Below, in pieces: positions 51,801-64,000 of a stretch of 64,000 nucleotides of DNA. The stretch spans positions 1,038,054 to 1,102,053 of the forward strand of contig MU057632.1 of the NCBI GenBank assembly GCA_013265495.1, read 5' to 3'. Position 1 is the stretch's first letter. The number at the start of each line of letters is the position of its first letter. Under the pieces are notes generated by a model that saw nothing but the letters and a program-made list of their open reading frames with translations, ran no database searches and had not been told where the DNA came from. This DNA comes from Vicugna vicugna (taxonomy: Eukaryota). Both the position numbers and the translations under genes were made by a program.

Positions 51801-54800
51801 TGAAATCTCTCCTTGAGTTCTGTGAGCTGCTCTAGGAAATGATCAAACCCAAGCAAGGGGCGATCGGAACTTCAGATCCATGGCAGGTCGAACAGAAACC
51901 GAAGCGACCACCTAGACTTGTGGTGGTCCTCTGAGGCTGGAGTCGGGGCAGTCTGTGCGCCCAGCCCTTAACTTTGGGATGCGACCTGCCTTCAGGTACG
52001 GAACGTCAGGCTTGAGCTGGCAGAGCAGCCCGCTGGGGTGGGAGCTCCGCTTGCATGGGTGTGGGAACACAGCCCCCACCACCGAGACTTGGGAGAAGAG
52101 CACTTGAGGCCACACCTCTGCTCAGCTGAGACTCGTGGGAACTGGGAAAGGGCTCAGGGAATGGCTTCTAGTCCAAGGGCTCCTGCCCAGCAAGGGCGGG
52201 CTCTCTGAGTCTTCCCATCGAGTCAGTCCTGTGAAGTGGACAGGCCACTGGACAGAGGAGTAGCCACAGAGGCATTCTGTTCCCTAAAGTCAAAGACACC
52301 ATTCCAGACCTTCTCTTGGTTACCAGAAAATTCTCTAAATTCAGCTGTCCATGTGCTTAATTCCAACGGTAGCATCCAGGGCAGGTCTCACAAAGGAAGC
52401 CCTACTCTCCTTCTCAACATAATTCTGCTCATGGTTCTAGCTTACTAATTTCGAAGGGGAGAAATGAAGGGAACTTCCTGCTTTGTGTGGGCATTTTGTT
52501 GGCTTCCTCGTGAGTTATTTGTGCTTTCAGGGGTGCAGGTAGGCATACCTTTCAGGGTGCATACATGTACACAGTTCTCCTCTGCACATACCTTGTAGCT
52601 TTGGCCTCTTCCACCACCCCTCACTGTCTCCTTCCTTCAAGTGTAGGACTGTGTTGCACTGGAGCCCAGAAGATTCTGTTGCTGGGATTTCTCAGTGTTT
52701 TTCTTCTGAGATGTGGTCTGGAGATGTTACCAGGTGGGTCTCCAACATCAACCACAAGGATTCCTTTTTCAGTCCTCCCCACTTTGCGTTGGGATTCCTT
52801 GGTGCTCAAATCTTTCCCGCTCTGCACTGCGATTCCTTTCATCGCTTGATTCCTTCGTGAAAAGCTCATGTCTGTCATATTTCAGTGGGGAGGGCAGAAA
52901 TTGCGACAGGGAGATTTCAACAGCTTGTTTATAGAATCTACTTTAAACTTTTGGAATCGAGGCTTTGGCAGGGCAGAAGAAAGTCCAGCCAGCTCCTGTG
53001 GCCCCAGGTATGACATGTCTTTGTATTTTCAAGGGCACATCAGGCTGGGCTCAGTCAGGAAGGATGCTTATAGCGATGAACTGGGAGACAGCCAAAAGCA
53101 AACGGACCACAGAGGCAACCTGCGTGCTGCCGACCAGTTCTTCTTTTGCCCCAGCAAGGGCAGGCTGTTTTGCTCCTGGCGTTCGCCCAGGAGCTTGCCT
53201 TGCATGGCTAGGCCTAAGTGTGTTCCACTGAGAGAAACCTATACTTTTTAAAAAGAAATTCTTTCCAGAGGCTAATTAGTTAATTGTACATTTTCCTTGA
53301 TTTTTTTCTTATTATGATACTGACAGCCCCCATATGAAAATATATGGTGTTAGAAAAATAATCCACAACACCTAAGTCGGGCAAGATCATGTCCTGGCAC
53401 ATGTTTTTCATTGATACATAAATTGTCTTTTTGAGTTTACAGAATAAGATGTGGAGCTGGTAGAGAGGAAATCTATTTGACTTAACAAAATATTCATCCC
53501 TCCTCTCTGAGTTCACAAGCTTTCAGTATAAAACTGATAATAATAATTTGGAGTACTTTTCTAGAAGTGAGGGAAGGGGTTAATTCTTCTCTTGTCTCAC
53601 CCAGAACTGCACAAAAACCTCCCAGGAAACCAATCCATCTAGGTATTTTCTGCTTCTTTCTCACTGTATATGACTTTTCTTTTCTTCTCATTTCTTTTTT
53701 TCTCTTTTCTTTCTCTTTCCTTTTTTTCCCCACTCTAGCTCCATTTACTCTACTTTGTCTTTTTATTCAATATGCTTACTTTACCACTGTTCTCAATGTT
53801 AAAAATGGCTGAATTTTATAGTTTTAATTCTGAGTTCAATCCCATCCCTTTTGTTAAGGGCACACACGCATACACACACGCGCATGTGCACACACACACA
53901 CACACATTAATTCTAGAGGGAAAGCGGGTCTTTCTACAAATCCAGGGCCATTGTGGAAAGGATAATAATAAAGGTGGATGTTTTTTGAGCTCCAATAATC
54001 AGACAAGTGTGCCAGGAAAACAGCGCTGTGTTGGGGATCTTTAATATTAAACAGTAAGACTCTGGTATCATTTGGCACCTACCTCTAGGACTCAGAGTCC
54101 AGGATCAAAGCGTGCATTCGCTTTTTTTTTCTTTTTTCTCTTCAATGAGCAGCACTGATAAAATCCAGCTCTCACCGACTCCCCCTCCTTCCAACAGTGA
54201 CTAATCTATAAATCTCAGTAATGCTACCCATGCCCACCCACAATTCATGTGATCAGTGAGCTTCTATGTTTATCTCAAATGACAAATAGATGGCAATTAA
54301 AAGATCGCTGGTAAGTAAAAATTACTGCAGAGTGCTAGCTACAAACATGTAATGGCTCTTGAAGTTTGGAAAGAGGCGATCAAGGGTAAACGGCTAGGGT
54401 AAGTGAGTCCAGTAGGGTGTTTTTAGGTAGATCGCTGGAATACTTGAAGGGTGACAAACAGTGATTCATCACCACCTGTATTCAGTGCTAATACGTGCCA
54501 CTGTCATCTCTGGCTTTGATGTTCAGTGCCCGGAGTTTTCAAACCACTCTGACGACAGACTTGAAACCAAAGACAACAGTTATGGGATTTACCAAAGCAA
54601 ATCCCAGAGGTCATGCTGGATCAGGATGAGACAAGCTTGTTCTAAGGAGCTCTTGAAATTTAATTTTAACTGTCGGAACCAAGCGCCCACTGACGGTCAC
54701 CCCTGTACTCCCACACCCCAGCTCTTCTGCACAGAGTTGAGCGAGAACGTAAAACAGCTCTCGTCGTGCAAACTTGAGGAGGTGGGAGGGTTCTTGAGGC

Positions 54801-56119
54801 ACTAACTCAAGCACATTGTTACTTGCAATTTTTACTCCAGGGCCTGGGTTTCCCTATGGCACCTAGGAAGGAGGAGAAGTTTGGGTTGGGGTTTCATTTT
54901 GCAGATTATGTTTTTATCACATTAAAACACAGAGGACTGTCCTACCCAGGCACAGATGTCTGACAACCACCCCCCGTTCCACACACCACGGCAGGCAGAA
55001 TGAGGAACACCCCTACTGTGGAATCTGTGAGGTGTCTAGGCACTGGGCAACCAACTACAATGACAAGGAGACCTTCTGGTGCAGCCTCCTGCCAAGGACC
55101 AGGCTTTCTCAGAAGCACCAGCACATAGGCAACTGACCACCAGCACTGTGTGCAGACTTCAGGAGAACTCTCGTTATTTTTGACCCCCATCAACAAATCA
55201 AAGAAAATATTTTGATCTTCAATAAATTGCCCTTTTGGCTCTCCATTGATACTTATAAGTTGGACTGATAAATACTTAGGTGAATTTTCACCTCTGAAGA
55301 AAATAATAATTAAAAGGTATATTAAGAGTTCCTAAGATATGAAATTATTTCCTGTAGCTAGTGACTTGGCAGCAGCTCTGGAATGACTCCATTGGGGTGG
55401 AAACCTGATTAGAACAGAGGCCTATGGGACTGCTTTGAAGGTAAATTAACAGTTTTTTTTCATCAGTTGTGTCTATTTGTTATTGAGGAAGAGCTGATAG
55501 ACATTATTTGGGAAAAGCCGGGGGGCTAAAATTCCCTCCTTTGCAGAACTTCTCTCCCCTGCCTGCCACTGGTATTTGGTCTTAAAAAACTTAAAGGGAA
55601 AGATACTTCGAATCATTATTTTCCAGTCAAAAAGGCCCATTTGTTTCCAATGTAATGCCGATGGTCAGGTGCAGAGATGCCTGTTTCTCCATGACGACTG
55701 GGTATTTTGTCCGGTAACTGCTATTTGTGCCCATCAAGCAAACGTCACAGGGCACGCACTGTGCACCAGGCACCACGGCTGGGTCTGGGATACAAAGATT
55801 TATGGCTCAGAGCAGCTCAGAGTCAAGTGGCGAGAAAAAGCAAGAAAACACAGTGGGAGGAGAGTGACAGGATGGCTGCAGAGGTGGAAACAGAGACCCA
55901 GTGGGGTCCACGCAAGGACACCACACAGAGGTTGAATCAGAGGAGGTTCACAATGAGACAGCCCCAGACCTTGGTCCACTTCTCTTCCCCCATCTTTTCT
56001 TCCTTTCACCTCCCCCTGCTCTATCCGCTTTCTCTCCATCCTCCATCCGACACCCTATCACCCTAACTTTGTAACTAATCAAGGTGATGATGATATACCT
56101 TTAACAGTAAAAAATAGTC

Positions 56120-56250
56120 TGTATCCCTAGAATGGAAGTTCCTTGCGGCCAAGGATCATCGTCCACTTGGCTCATTGCTGTTTCCTCCGAATGTGTAGAA
56201 CAGGGCCTACCATCTACATATATGCTCAGTAAATATTTATTTTAAAGAAA
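56120..56250 (+). mobile_element. LINE-2 3' terminus
   Basis: 'ccctagaatggaagttccttgcggccaagga...tgctcagtaaatattt'. Confidence 0.65.
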
Positions 56251-57329
56251 GGAATATGAAGACCCCAATAAAGAGTCTTTGATTTACGTTCCCTTCCTCT
56301 GCCCTTTTCACAATTTCATTCAAATATCTAACTTCTATCAAGTGTGTCCCCACGAGTTAATATACTTCCCCAGTCACACTCCACCACAGTTTATTCAAGG
56401 ATCTTCCTATCTATAAGTGATGGGGGAAAAAATCCAAGGCATGTTGCAGAACATTTGCATGTCAAGATATGTGTCCTAGAATGATCTCCACTAACCAGCA
56501 TGCATAGGAAATCCACCATTATTCAAAGATGACAGATTTTCTCATTTCTTTACGGATGGCTATCCCTGAATTTCCTTCTGCGTGGTAGAGCCTGTTCACT
56601 GCCTGTAAAATGAGATGATGTTTCTTTGGGTCGATTCTTAGGCTATTCCTGTCAGGCTTTCTTTCTGCTCTTTTTTCATATTTCATAAGCATATGTAAAT
56701 TAGAGTTTTGATATAAATGCCCTGTGCTTAAATAGACAACATTAAGCGAGAATTTCTCCTGAGGTCTTGCTGGCCCTTTTAAATGCAAGCAGAGTGACCT
56801 TCTGATGAAATTATTCAGGAAGTCCTGTTTTTGAACTGAGAAAATTAAGTTCCTGAGGGTCAGTGTATTTGACTTTGGTCTTTTCAACAAGTTTTATGCA
56901 TGAATACAGGAAATTATAATTACAAAAATCTATTCCGAAAGTCAAAAAAATTAATGTCAACCATATGTAATTTACTTATATATTTTTAGTGACTTCACAG
57001 TAAAACAGGGTCAACATGTAGCTAATCTTTGCTTTATCTTTTTAGGGGATACTGGTCTTAGTGCTTATGCTGGTTTTGCTTTTAATCCATTCTGACTTTT
57101 CCAAGTCTGACCTTTAACTTAATACAGTCTAAACACTTGTACCAAACATCTTCCGGTTTGGGCTGTGCTAACATCATATTCATCTGTACATCTCCAGGCA
57201 AGCTTTAAAGGGAGGAAACAGGGTAATTTTTATTTCCATGATGAAAAAGAATGCTATCGAAAAGGGGGATGGTAGAGGACAAATACTTGGGCCTGATTCA
57301 CTTAGACATAAATAAAATATGACACAGAA

Positions 57330-57480
57330 GTGTGGTTCACTGGGAATCAAGGGAGTCTGAATTCTACTCATGGCTCATAGTTACCTAAGTAACTATCTGT
57401 TGGGCCTTGGTTTTTATCTGTAGAACAGGGTAATGGACCGACTATTCTCTAGGGCCTGTCTACCAGCAATGTAATTCTAA
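57330..57480 (+). mobile_element. MIR/MIR3 SINE
   Basis: 'tgggaatcaagggagtctgaattctact...ctgttgggccttggtttttatctgtagaacaggg'. Confidence 0.55.
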
Positions 57481-59604
57481 TTCTACAAAATGTTCAGAGC
57501 TCCTCAAATCTGGGAGTCTATCTCAGCGAACGTGACACCAAGTTTCATCTGATTTCAGATTTTCTCATGATAATCTTCCCATGTGTTAAACATATGTTTA
57601 TTATCCTAATTTGCAAAATACTCTAGGATAAATTAAGATAGAAGGTACCAGATTTAAGCAGTCTCGAAATAGATCTCTAAGTAGTAATTAGAACTTTTCT
57701 TATGTCATCACTTAACATTACCGAAATGCTATTCCTTTGTTCTCAGTAGGCACAGAATGAGAAATAGGGTTACTAGAGATGAAAACACTACATAATAATG
57801 AACTACATACACTTCAATAGGCCATCTAATTTATTTTCTTTCATTAAGATGATTACTTTGAACAAACCAGTGTTGCCCTTAAATTCTGTTTTAAAATGGC
57901 CACTTGAAACCAAAAATACCAGATTCCTTTGTATGTGAGAAAAGACATTCTTAGTAAGGCCTACATATAACGTTAGAAATGATAAAAAATACAATAACAC
58001 AAGGAAATGAAGATGTTCACAATAAAAAATAATAAATGGAAGAATAAAAACTTAACTGCATAAAAAATGGCCCGATTTTTTGGGACAAAAGATCATGGTA
58101 AATGTATAAAGATAAACTCATTTCACCATTACATTTCTTACGATGACAAATTTGAAACTGTTTCGGAAGCATGGACATAAAAGTATAAGAAGTAAGCACA
58201 GGGAAAATGATTTATTGAATATAATTATGATGGTAAATATGACAAAAACACTTTATTTTTTTTAATACATCCATAATTTCTTCACCTACTCACACATTTA
58301 TTCTCATACACTTGGGACTCTCCTATTTCGGCATTTACCCAGTAAAGAAATGAAATCTATCTTAATTTGACAATATTTGTCATCATCTACACACTGTCTC
58401 TGACCATTAAAATACTTGTCATAACTTCCTCAAATATACAAATAAAAATTTGCATGGCAGGCTGAAATATTTAGTACTTTCTTCAACAGTTGAATTAGAT
58501 ATTCAGACCAAGGTTTTGCAGGGTCCTGGAGCACATGAGGATCATTTTTATTTTCTGGGTCATACCTACCCCATTAATTTTAATATTGGACATTAAACAT
58601 GGTAACTTACATGTCTTCAGCTGCCTCAGCTGAACTTTTAGAATATTTTCTTACAATTTAGTTTCCAAATCTCCCTCCAGTGCTGAAGCGACCCTTTCAG
58701 ATCCCTTCAAATGTCAATTTCATTTTATGCCAAATCTTCTCCATTCTGATGATAATGGGAAACGTGTTTCCTTCAAATTATTTCTTGCTTAAATACAGGA
58801 CAAGATTTTAAGAAAAATATGTAATACCCTTCTGCCTTCCTGATGCATGGACTCACTACTATGTTAAACAAAATGTCTTTTCTCTTCCTAATAATCTTCA
58901 TTATTATCTTTTTCTCACACTTTCCCTATTTGTGTATGATGCAAGACCATCATTCTCCCAAACATTTTTCTTACTGAAAATCCATTCATTAAGTGACATA
59001 CATCCTGACCGCTCTCCCAGTAAAATGGACTTAGTTCACAATCTAGGGTACAATTGTTTTCAAAGAGTGAAAACCAAAAGGGCCTGTTCCCACGGTGGTC
59101 ACCGCGACACTCTGACCACTGTCTACCCCTCCTCGGAAGTACCAAAGAGCTAGCCTTCCATTCACGGAGCCAATGCCCATCAAGCGTCAGCACCACCCTT
59201 GGCCCTGGGGAGGGAGCCCTGCTCTGGAGCAGCCTGAAGCCCCAAACTCGAGAGGGTACCCTCTACCGGCACAGAGAAGCACGAGTCAAAGAGTGATGAC
59301 AATAACCAGAGAGATACAATGCAACCCAGGCCAGCGCCACGAAGGACAGGAGCCACGAGCAGCGACAGCTGGCAACGGGCCTGCCCCGCGCCCAGCGAGA
59401 TGCTGCCATTTCTCTCTGCTCTCCCACTAACCAATTAAGCTAGAAAAGGAGACTTTCAATCTCTTGCAAAAAATTAGCATTAGGTGGACCTTTTTGCCCC
59501 CACATATATTAAATTCTTGATAACAGACTAATTTACTGGGTTTTTTTTTCGTGCTTTCTCTCCAGGAAGCAGCTCATTTTAAACGAGTTATTTTTTTTCT
59601 AAGT

Positions 59605-59753
59605 CAGTGGTTTCCAACATCACCTCATGCTGGAATCATCTGGAGGGCTTTATGAAGGCTGAGTTTCACCCCCTAGAGATTCTAATTTAATTGGTGCAGC
59701 CTGGGAATCAAGATTTAAAAAATCTAAAGTGTACCCAAGATTGGGAAGCACTA
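59605..59753. mobile_element. MER5-like hAT DNA transposon
   Basis: TIRs 'cagtggtttccaa' / 'ttgggaagcacta' with internal 'gaatcatctggagggcttt...agagattctaatttaattggt'. Confidence 0.7.
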
Positions 59754-60059
59754 CTCTCTTCTAGAAGTGCAACGACTTGATAGAGAAAAAAAAGTCCATT
59801 AGCTAGTTTATTGTATATATGATTGGCTAATAAAAAAAATAGATGTAAATGTTATTTATCGGCAATGTGTTAGTTTATATATACGTGTTCTTTCTCCTAA
59901 TTTTCGGTAATTCAGCGATTTCATACTGATTTCAATATAACTTCCATAGGACAATCAGATATGAGTTGGAGAAAACCAATAAAAATTTAATCATTTTAGG
60001 AAATATGTCTTGCAAGATAGTCTTTGAGCATTACTTCAAATCATGAAAAGGAGACACTT

Positions 60060-60420
60060 TTAATAAAGAATTGGTTAAATAAATATTGTTACATACACAC
60101 GGTGGGATAACATTAAAAATAATAAGGTCATTCTATATATTCTGAATGAAAAGATGTCCAGAATACACTGTTGAATGAAAAATAAAAATCAGATTTCAGA
60201 AGAGTTTGAGTGAAACAAGTTCTCTGTTGTAACTGTATGTGTGTATAAGGATGTATATATAAATACCAATATATTTGTTTATATAGTCAAAGAACACTAT
60301 ATGGAGTCAAAACACTGAGAATGTGGCTAGAGTTGAGGGAAGTTTCCTTTTTCATTCATGCACCTACACCTTGCTCAGCTTTTTAAAAGAATAAGCGTGC
60401 ATTCTTTTATTTGTAAATAC
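60060..60420 (+). mobile_element. Old LINE-1 (L1ME-like) 3' end
   Basis: 'gaattggttaaataaatattgttacatacacac...aaagatgtccagaatacactgttgaatgaaaaa'. Confidence 0.6.
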
Positions 60421-61389
60421 CAGATTTTGATTTCTGCAATTTCTATAGAGCACACTAACTTGCCAGCTTATAAAGAAAATGAAGAATCTTCATATTCAAT
60501 TGGGAAACAACTGTCGAATGTTATAATAAGAGTGTGTAGTTTCAGAAGAAAACTGGCTAAGCAGAAACTTACAAATGCCTTCCACTTGCCAGGAAATGTA
60601 ATATATTATTCTTCAAATGTTGTAAATCAGCATCTAATTTGTCTTTTACTATATGAGGTTTTGTGACAGTGATGCCAAAACATATCTCCGTTAGCCCCAA
60701 AATAAAAGTTAACCATTACTTCAGTATGTAGCCAAAATATTACAGTGTAGATTTCTCTAGCAATCAAATCATATCCTTCAACACCATTCAATCATAGATT
60801 TCCTTATTACATAATTTAAAAAACCCAAACCTACCAGATATCCACACACCCAAGTTCACAGTCATATACTCCAACTGCAGGTCCTGAAGAATTTTGCTGA
60901 CTTTTGTCTAATCTGTCAATTTATAGCATCTGCCTTTATTCAGCCAAAACTAGCCTTTCGGTTCTAATTCACTGTGACTCTTTATTCATATCACTAATAC
61001 ATATCCCACATTGTTTGAGTTTATTATGTTATGCACTTAGCTATAATAATTTTACAAACCACAGCCCAGAACTGCACAATTACAAGTAAGAAAATCTGTG
61101 AGTCAGTCAGGTCTAAATACTCCAAATGTTTTTATCTGACAGAGTAACTCTTCTTGGCTCATGAAGAGCTATGATCTGCTAGTTCAAAGGGCGTGGTTGC
61201 TGCAGGTGGGGGGTTGAGGGATGTCCTGGCCTTCCCCCACTGCTCCATCTGAGAGTAAAAATGTATGAGGAAAAAAATTATTCATTGCCACTCATTCATT
61301 TTCCAATTTCTTCTGCCTTCTTTCTCCACCTTTAATCAGTTCAGATACGGTTCATCTTGAAATGGTAGCATCTTGGAGTGGCAATATGG

Positions 61390-61423
61390 AAAACAAACAA
61401 ACAAACAAACAAACAAACAAAAC
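61390..61423 (+). repeat. (AAAC)n microsatellite
   Basis: About 7 perfect AAAC units, directly visible. Confidence 0.95.
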
Positions 61424-63309
61424 CATTGGCTTTCAATCTGAACAGCTTTAGTATACACCTTATTGGGTGCAGGAGCTCCCCGTGGTTTTCTACTATGTGA
61501 AATGAATGTGATGATACCTTACTCATCCATCATTGTACCAAATACCCAGCACAGTACTCAAGGTCTGCGGTGCACCAGGCGGTAAGTGATTAATATTAAT
61601 AGGCTGCTTTTGTACAGTCATGCCATGAAATGTATCTGTGTCTTTAAAGTTCATGTCATTACTAATATTAAACTGATCAGCCTGATGTTAACAAGTAAAC
61701 ATGCTTGGGCTGCTGTTGGACCTTGAATTCTTTAAAAGTTTACTTATTGATTAGTTCAGGGATATCAAGTATTCCTGTAAAGGGCAGGAGCTATTTGGTC
61801 TTGGGTTCTGCTGACGACATGAGGAAATGTTTCTGGTGCGGTCTGTTCAATGCTCAGCAGAGACTGATGGGGATATCTGCATTAGCTTCACAGAAATGAT
61901 TCTACAGTTGTGTTTTCAATGTGTGTTACATCCTTTCATACTTGATCATACTGGATCTTTAAACTTGTGTCTATGTTATTAACATCAAACTGAGCTAGAA
62001 GACATCTGTATCAATAAATATGGAGAAGTTTCTTAGGGGAGAAATACATTTTGATTTGAACAACCCAAAGTTCATGTCTAAACTGGCTGACTCAATCAAA
62101 CTTCACCAATTCTCTCTCTAACTGATTAAGCATCCAAGGGAGTCTATGGCTGCTCTAAGTAAGCACCAGAAACATCAGCTTTAAAATCACAGAAATAACA
62201 CGTGTGAAATAATGTAGCCGGGAAGGCACCCGCAGGGCAGATTGAAGTCATAACCACTTGGACGGATGCTCAGTCATTTTGAGTCTTTGTACATAGTCCT
62301 ACCCTTATTTTGGTGTCTAAATTTCTCTCCCTTGCTTCAAATTAGACTATATAGAGACACAGTTATTTTCTTAAGCAGTTGGACTATTTTGTGCCTTTGC
62401 ATCACTCACAAATTCTGTTGTAGGATGTTATAATTTACAGTGTCAACCAACGCTGTTGTTAAGTATCTCACTTAAGAAGTCATTTTTCACAAACCATGTC
62501 AAACAAATATTCTAACTTAGCAGCACACAAGTTGTCTATCAAATGATTTTTCTTGATTGCATTTAGACTTTCTGTTTTGCAGTCTTTTGACAACTACTCG
62601 CCCCATCTGTCTTCCCCCTACAACTCCTGACTCAAACAAGAGAGGAGAAAAAAATAATTTATCAGACGCCTGGCCCCATCCTGATTTCTTTTCTCATAAG
62701 AACTCTATGAAGTCTTATTATCCCTATTTCACAAATAATGAGTGGAGTGCTTATGGAGACACCATCACTCTGTCTGATGTTACTCTACTGCAGCTAGAGA
62801 GGCCAGGCAAGGGATGGACATGTTCAAGTAGAGGGCCACTGAGCTGTCCAGTTGACAAGTCCAGCTGTTGAAAGGTGTTATAATACCAAAATGAATGATG
62901 ACAGAGAAACCTCAGAAGTGAAATTAACAATCATCCAAGATTATTCCCAATTACCCATTAGCATCATAGAACACATATTGCATGTTCCAATCTTCTGTAA
63001 GCAGTTACTCATCAGGCACTGATGCATGCATTCCAAAATGTTCAGGAAGCACCCACCAGGGCTCACGTGCCAAGATAGCACTGCACAGCCCCAGCCACTG
63101 GGAAGCTCAGATTCTGCTACAGAACATTCTTCAAAAGGAGGAAATTTAACATCTAAAAATAAGAGATAGTGTGTCACTGTTGAAGGCAACACCTTCAAAG
63201 AGATTCTAGCAATATTTTCTAGTGTATAAAGCAAATGAAGGAAGAGGGAAATGCAGATCCAGGAACAAAACCTTACATTCTGTTGACTTTTTAAAGAATA
63301 TTTCATTTA

Positions 63310-63447
63310 TTGATTATTGTATTATTTAATTTTGGCAGGGGGGAGGTAATTAAGTTTACTTATTTTTGGAGGAGGTACTAGGGACTGAACCCAGGACCCT
63401 GTGCATGCTAAGCATGTGCTCTACCACTTGAGCTATACCTTCCTCCC
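63310..63447 (-). mobile_element. tRNA-Ala-derived SINE (Vic-1-like)
   Basis: Reverse complement 'gggaggaaggtatagctcaagtggtagagcacatgcttagcatgcacagggtcctgggttcagtccctagtacctcc'. Confidence 0.92.
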
Positions 63448-64000
63448 TATTGACTTATAATAAATGATGGTGGGGACTAACCTGAGAAGACATCCTTGAA
63501 GGCGATGTCACCAAACTGCTTACTGGGTCAGCAGGACCTGTTTCCCTTAGGCACAAAGACAGACCCTTGGATTGCTTTATGATGAATGTCCTTGGAGCCC
63601 TAACAGAGCTAAGGATAGGATAAGTGTTTTGTACTTCTCATCACATTATAAGCGCTAACCTCATTCCCAACTACCAAGGACTTAGATTTTATCCAACAGT
63701 AAAATGAAACTACTTCAAGTATGAAATATACAAGTGCTTAACAGGACAAACCAACAATTTTCCAGAAAGCAAGAGAAAAAAGAATACAACAGAAAGGAAG
63801 TTTAGGAAGAATATACATAGATGATTGCTTGGCTGAATGATTACTGAAACTGAATCAGCCTCCTTTTTCTGTTGCAGAAAAAGCATCAAAATCTGTCTAG
63901 GTAGTGTAATTCCCCGCACCTCATTTTAAGCAGTCACAGAAAGAAGTACAGCCTGCAGCAGCAATGTCCTTGGTGTCTTCCTGGAACTTGCTTGTGATCA

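Larger units (their letters stand above)
50405..52100 (+). mobile_element. MER21-like LTR split by a Tigger1 derivative
   Basis: 5' part 'gacctctggggaggagag...tttaatcactcatgtctgtgtaatgaagcctcc...gcatggaagctctgcaccc...aataaaccggt'; it resumes at 51801 with 'tgagttctgtgagctgctctaggaaatgatcaaacc'. Confidence 0.8.

Noticed and set aside
1..64000. The 60-136 aa ORFs of the six-frame track as stand-alone genes
   Set aside because: They are short, many use non-ATG starts, many lie in L1/L2/LTR/microsatellite sequence, and none shows a recognisable domain. This is the expected background for mammalian non-coding DNA.

Overview
This is AT-rich, CpG-depleted mammalian nuclear DNA, most likely from a camelid (camel/alpaca/llama). 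That call is inferred from five tRNA-Ala-derived SINEs of Vic-1 type, a recurring young L1 3' UTR and an internally deleted Tigger1. Most of the window is intron-like or intergenic sequence filled with L1, L2, MIR, LTR (ERV1/MaLR) and DNA-transposon remnants. I recognise no conserved protein domain and no named gene, and nearly all ORFs in the supplied track look like noise. The one strong non-repeat structure is a compact minus-strand cluster of candidate exons at about 24.6-28.6 kb with GT-AG boundaries. Its internal exons (192 and 81 nt, both phase 2-2) splice in frame into a ~108-aa ORF with a hydrophobic segment. Upstream of it lie a perfect six-pentamer heat-shock element (26971-27000) and a CpG-retaining octamer/CTCF/GC-box block (28570-28900). 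Repeat family names come from my recollection of consensus sequences, their boundaries are approximate, and no database search was run.
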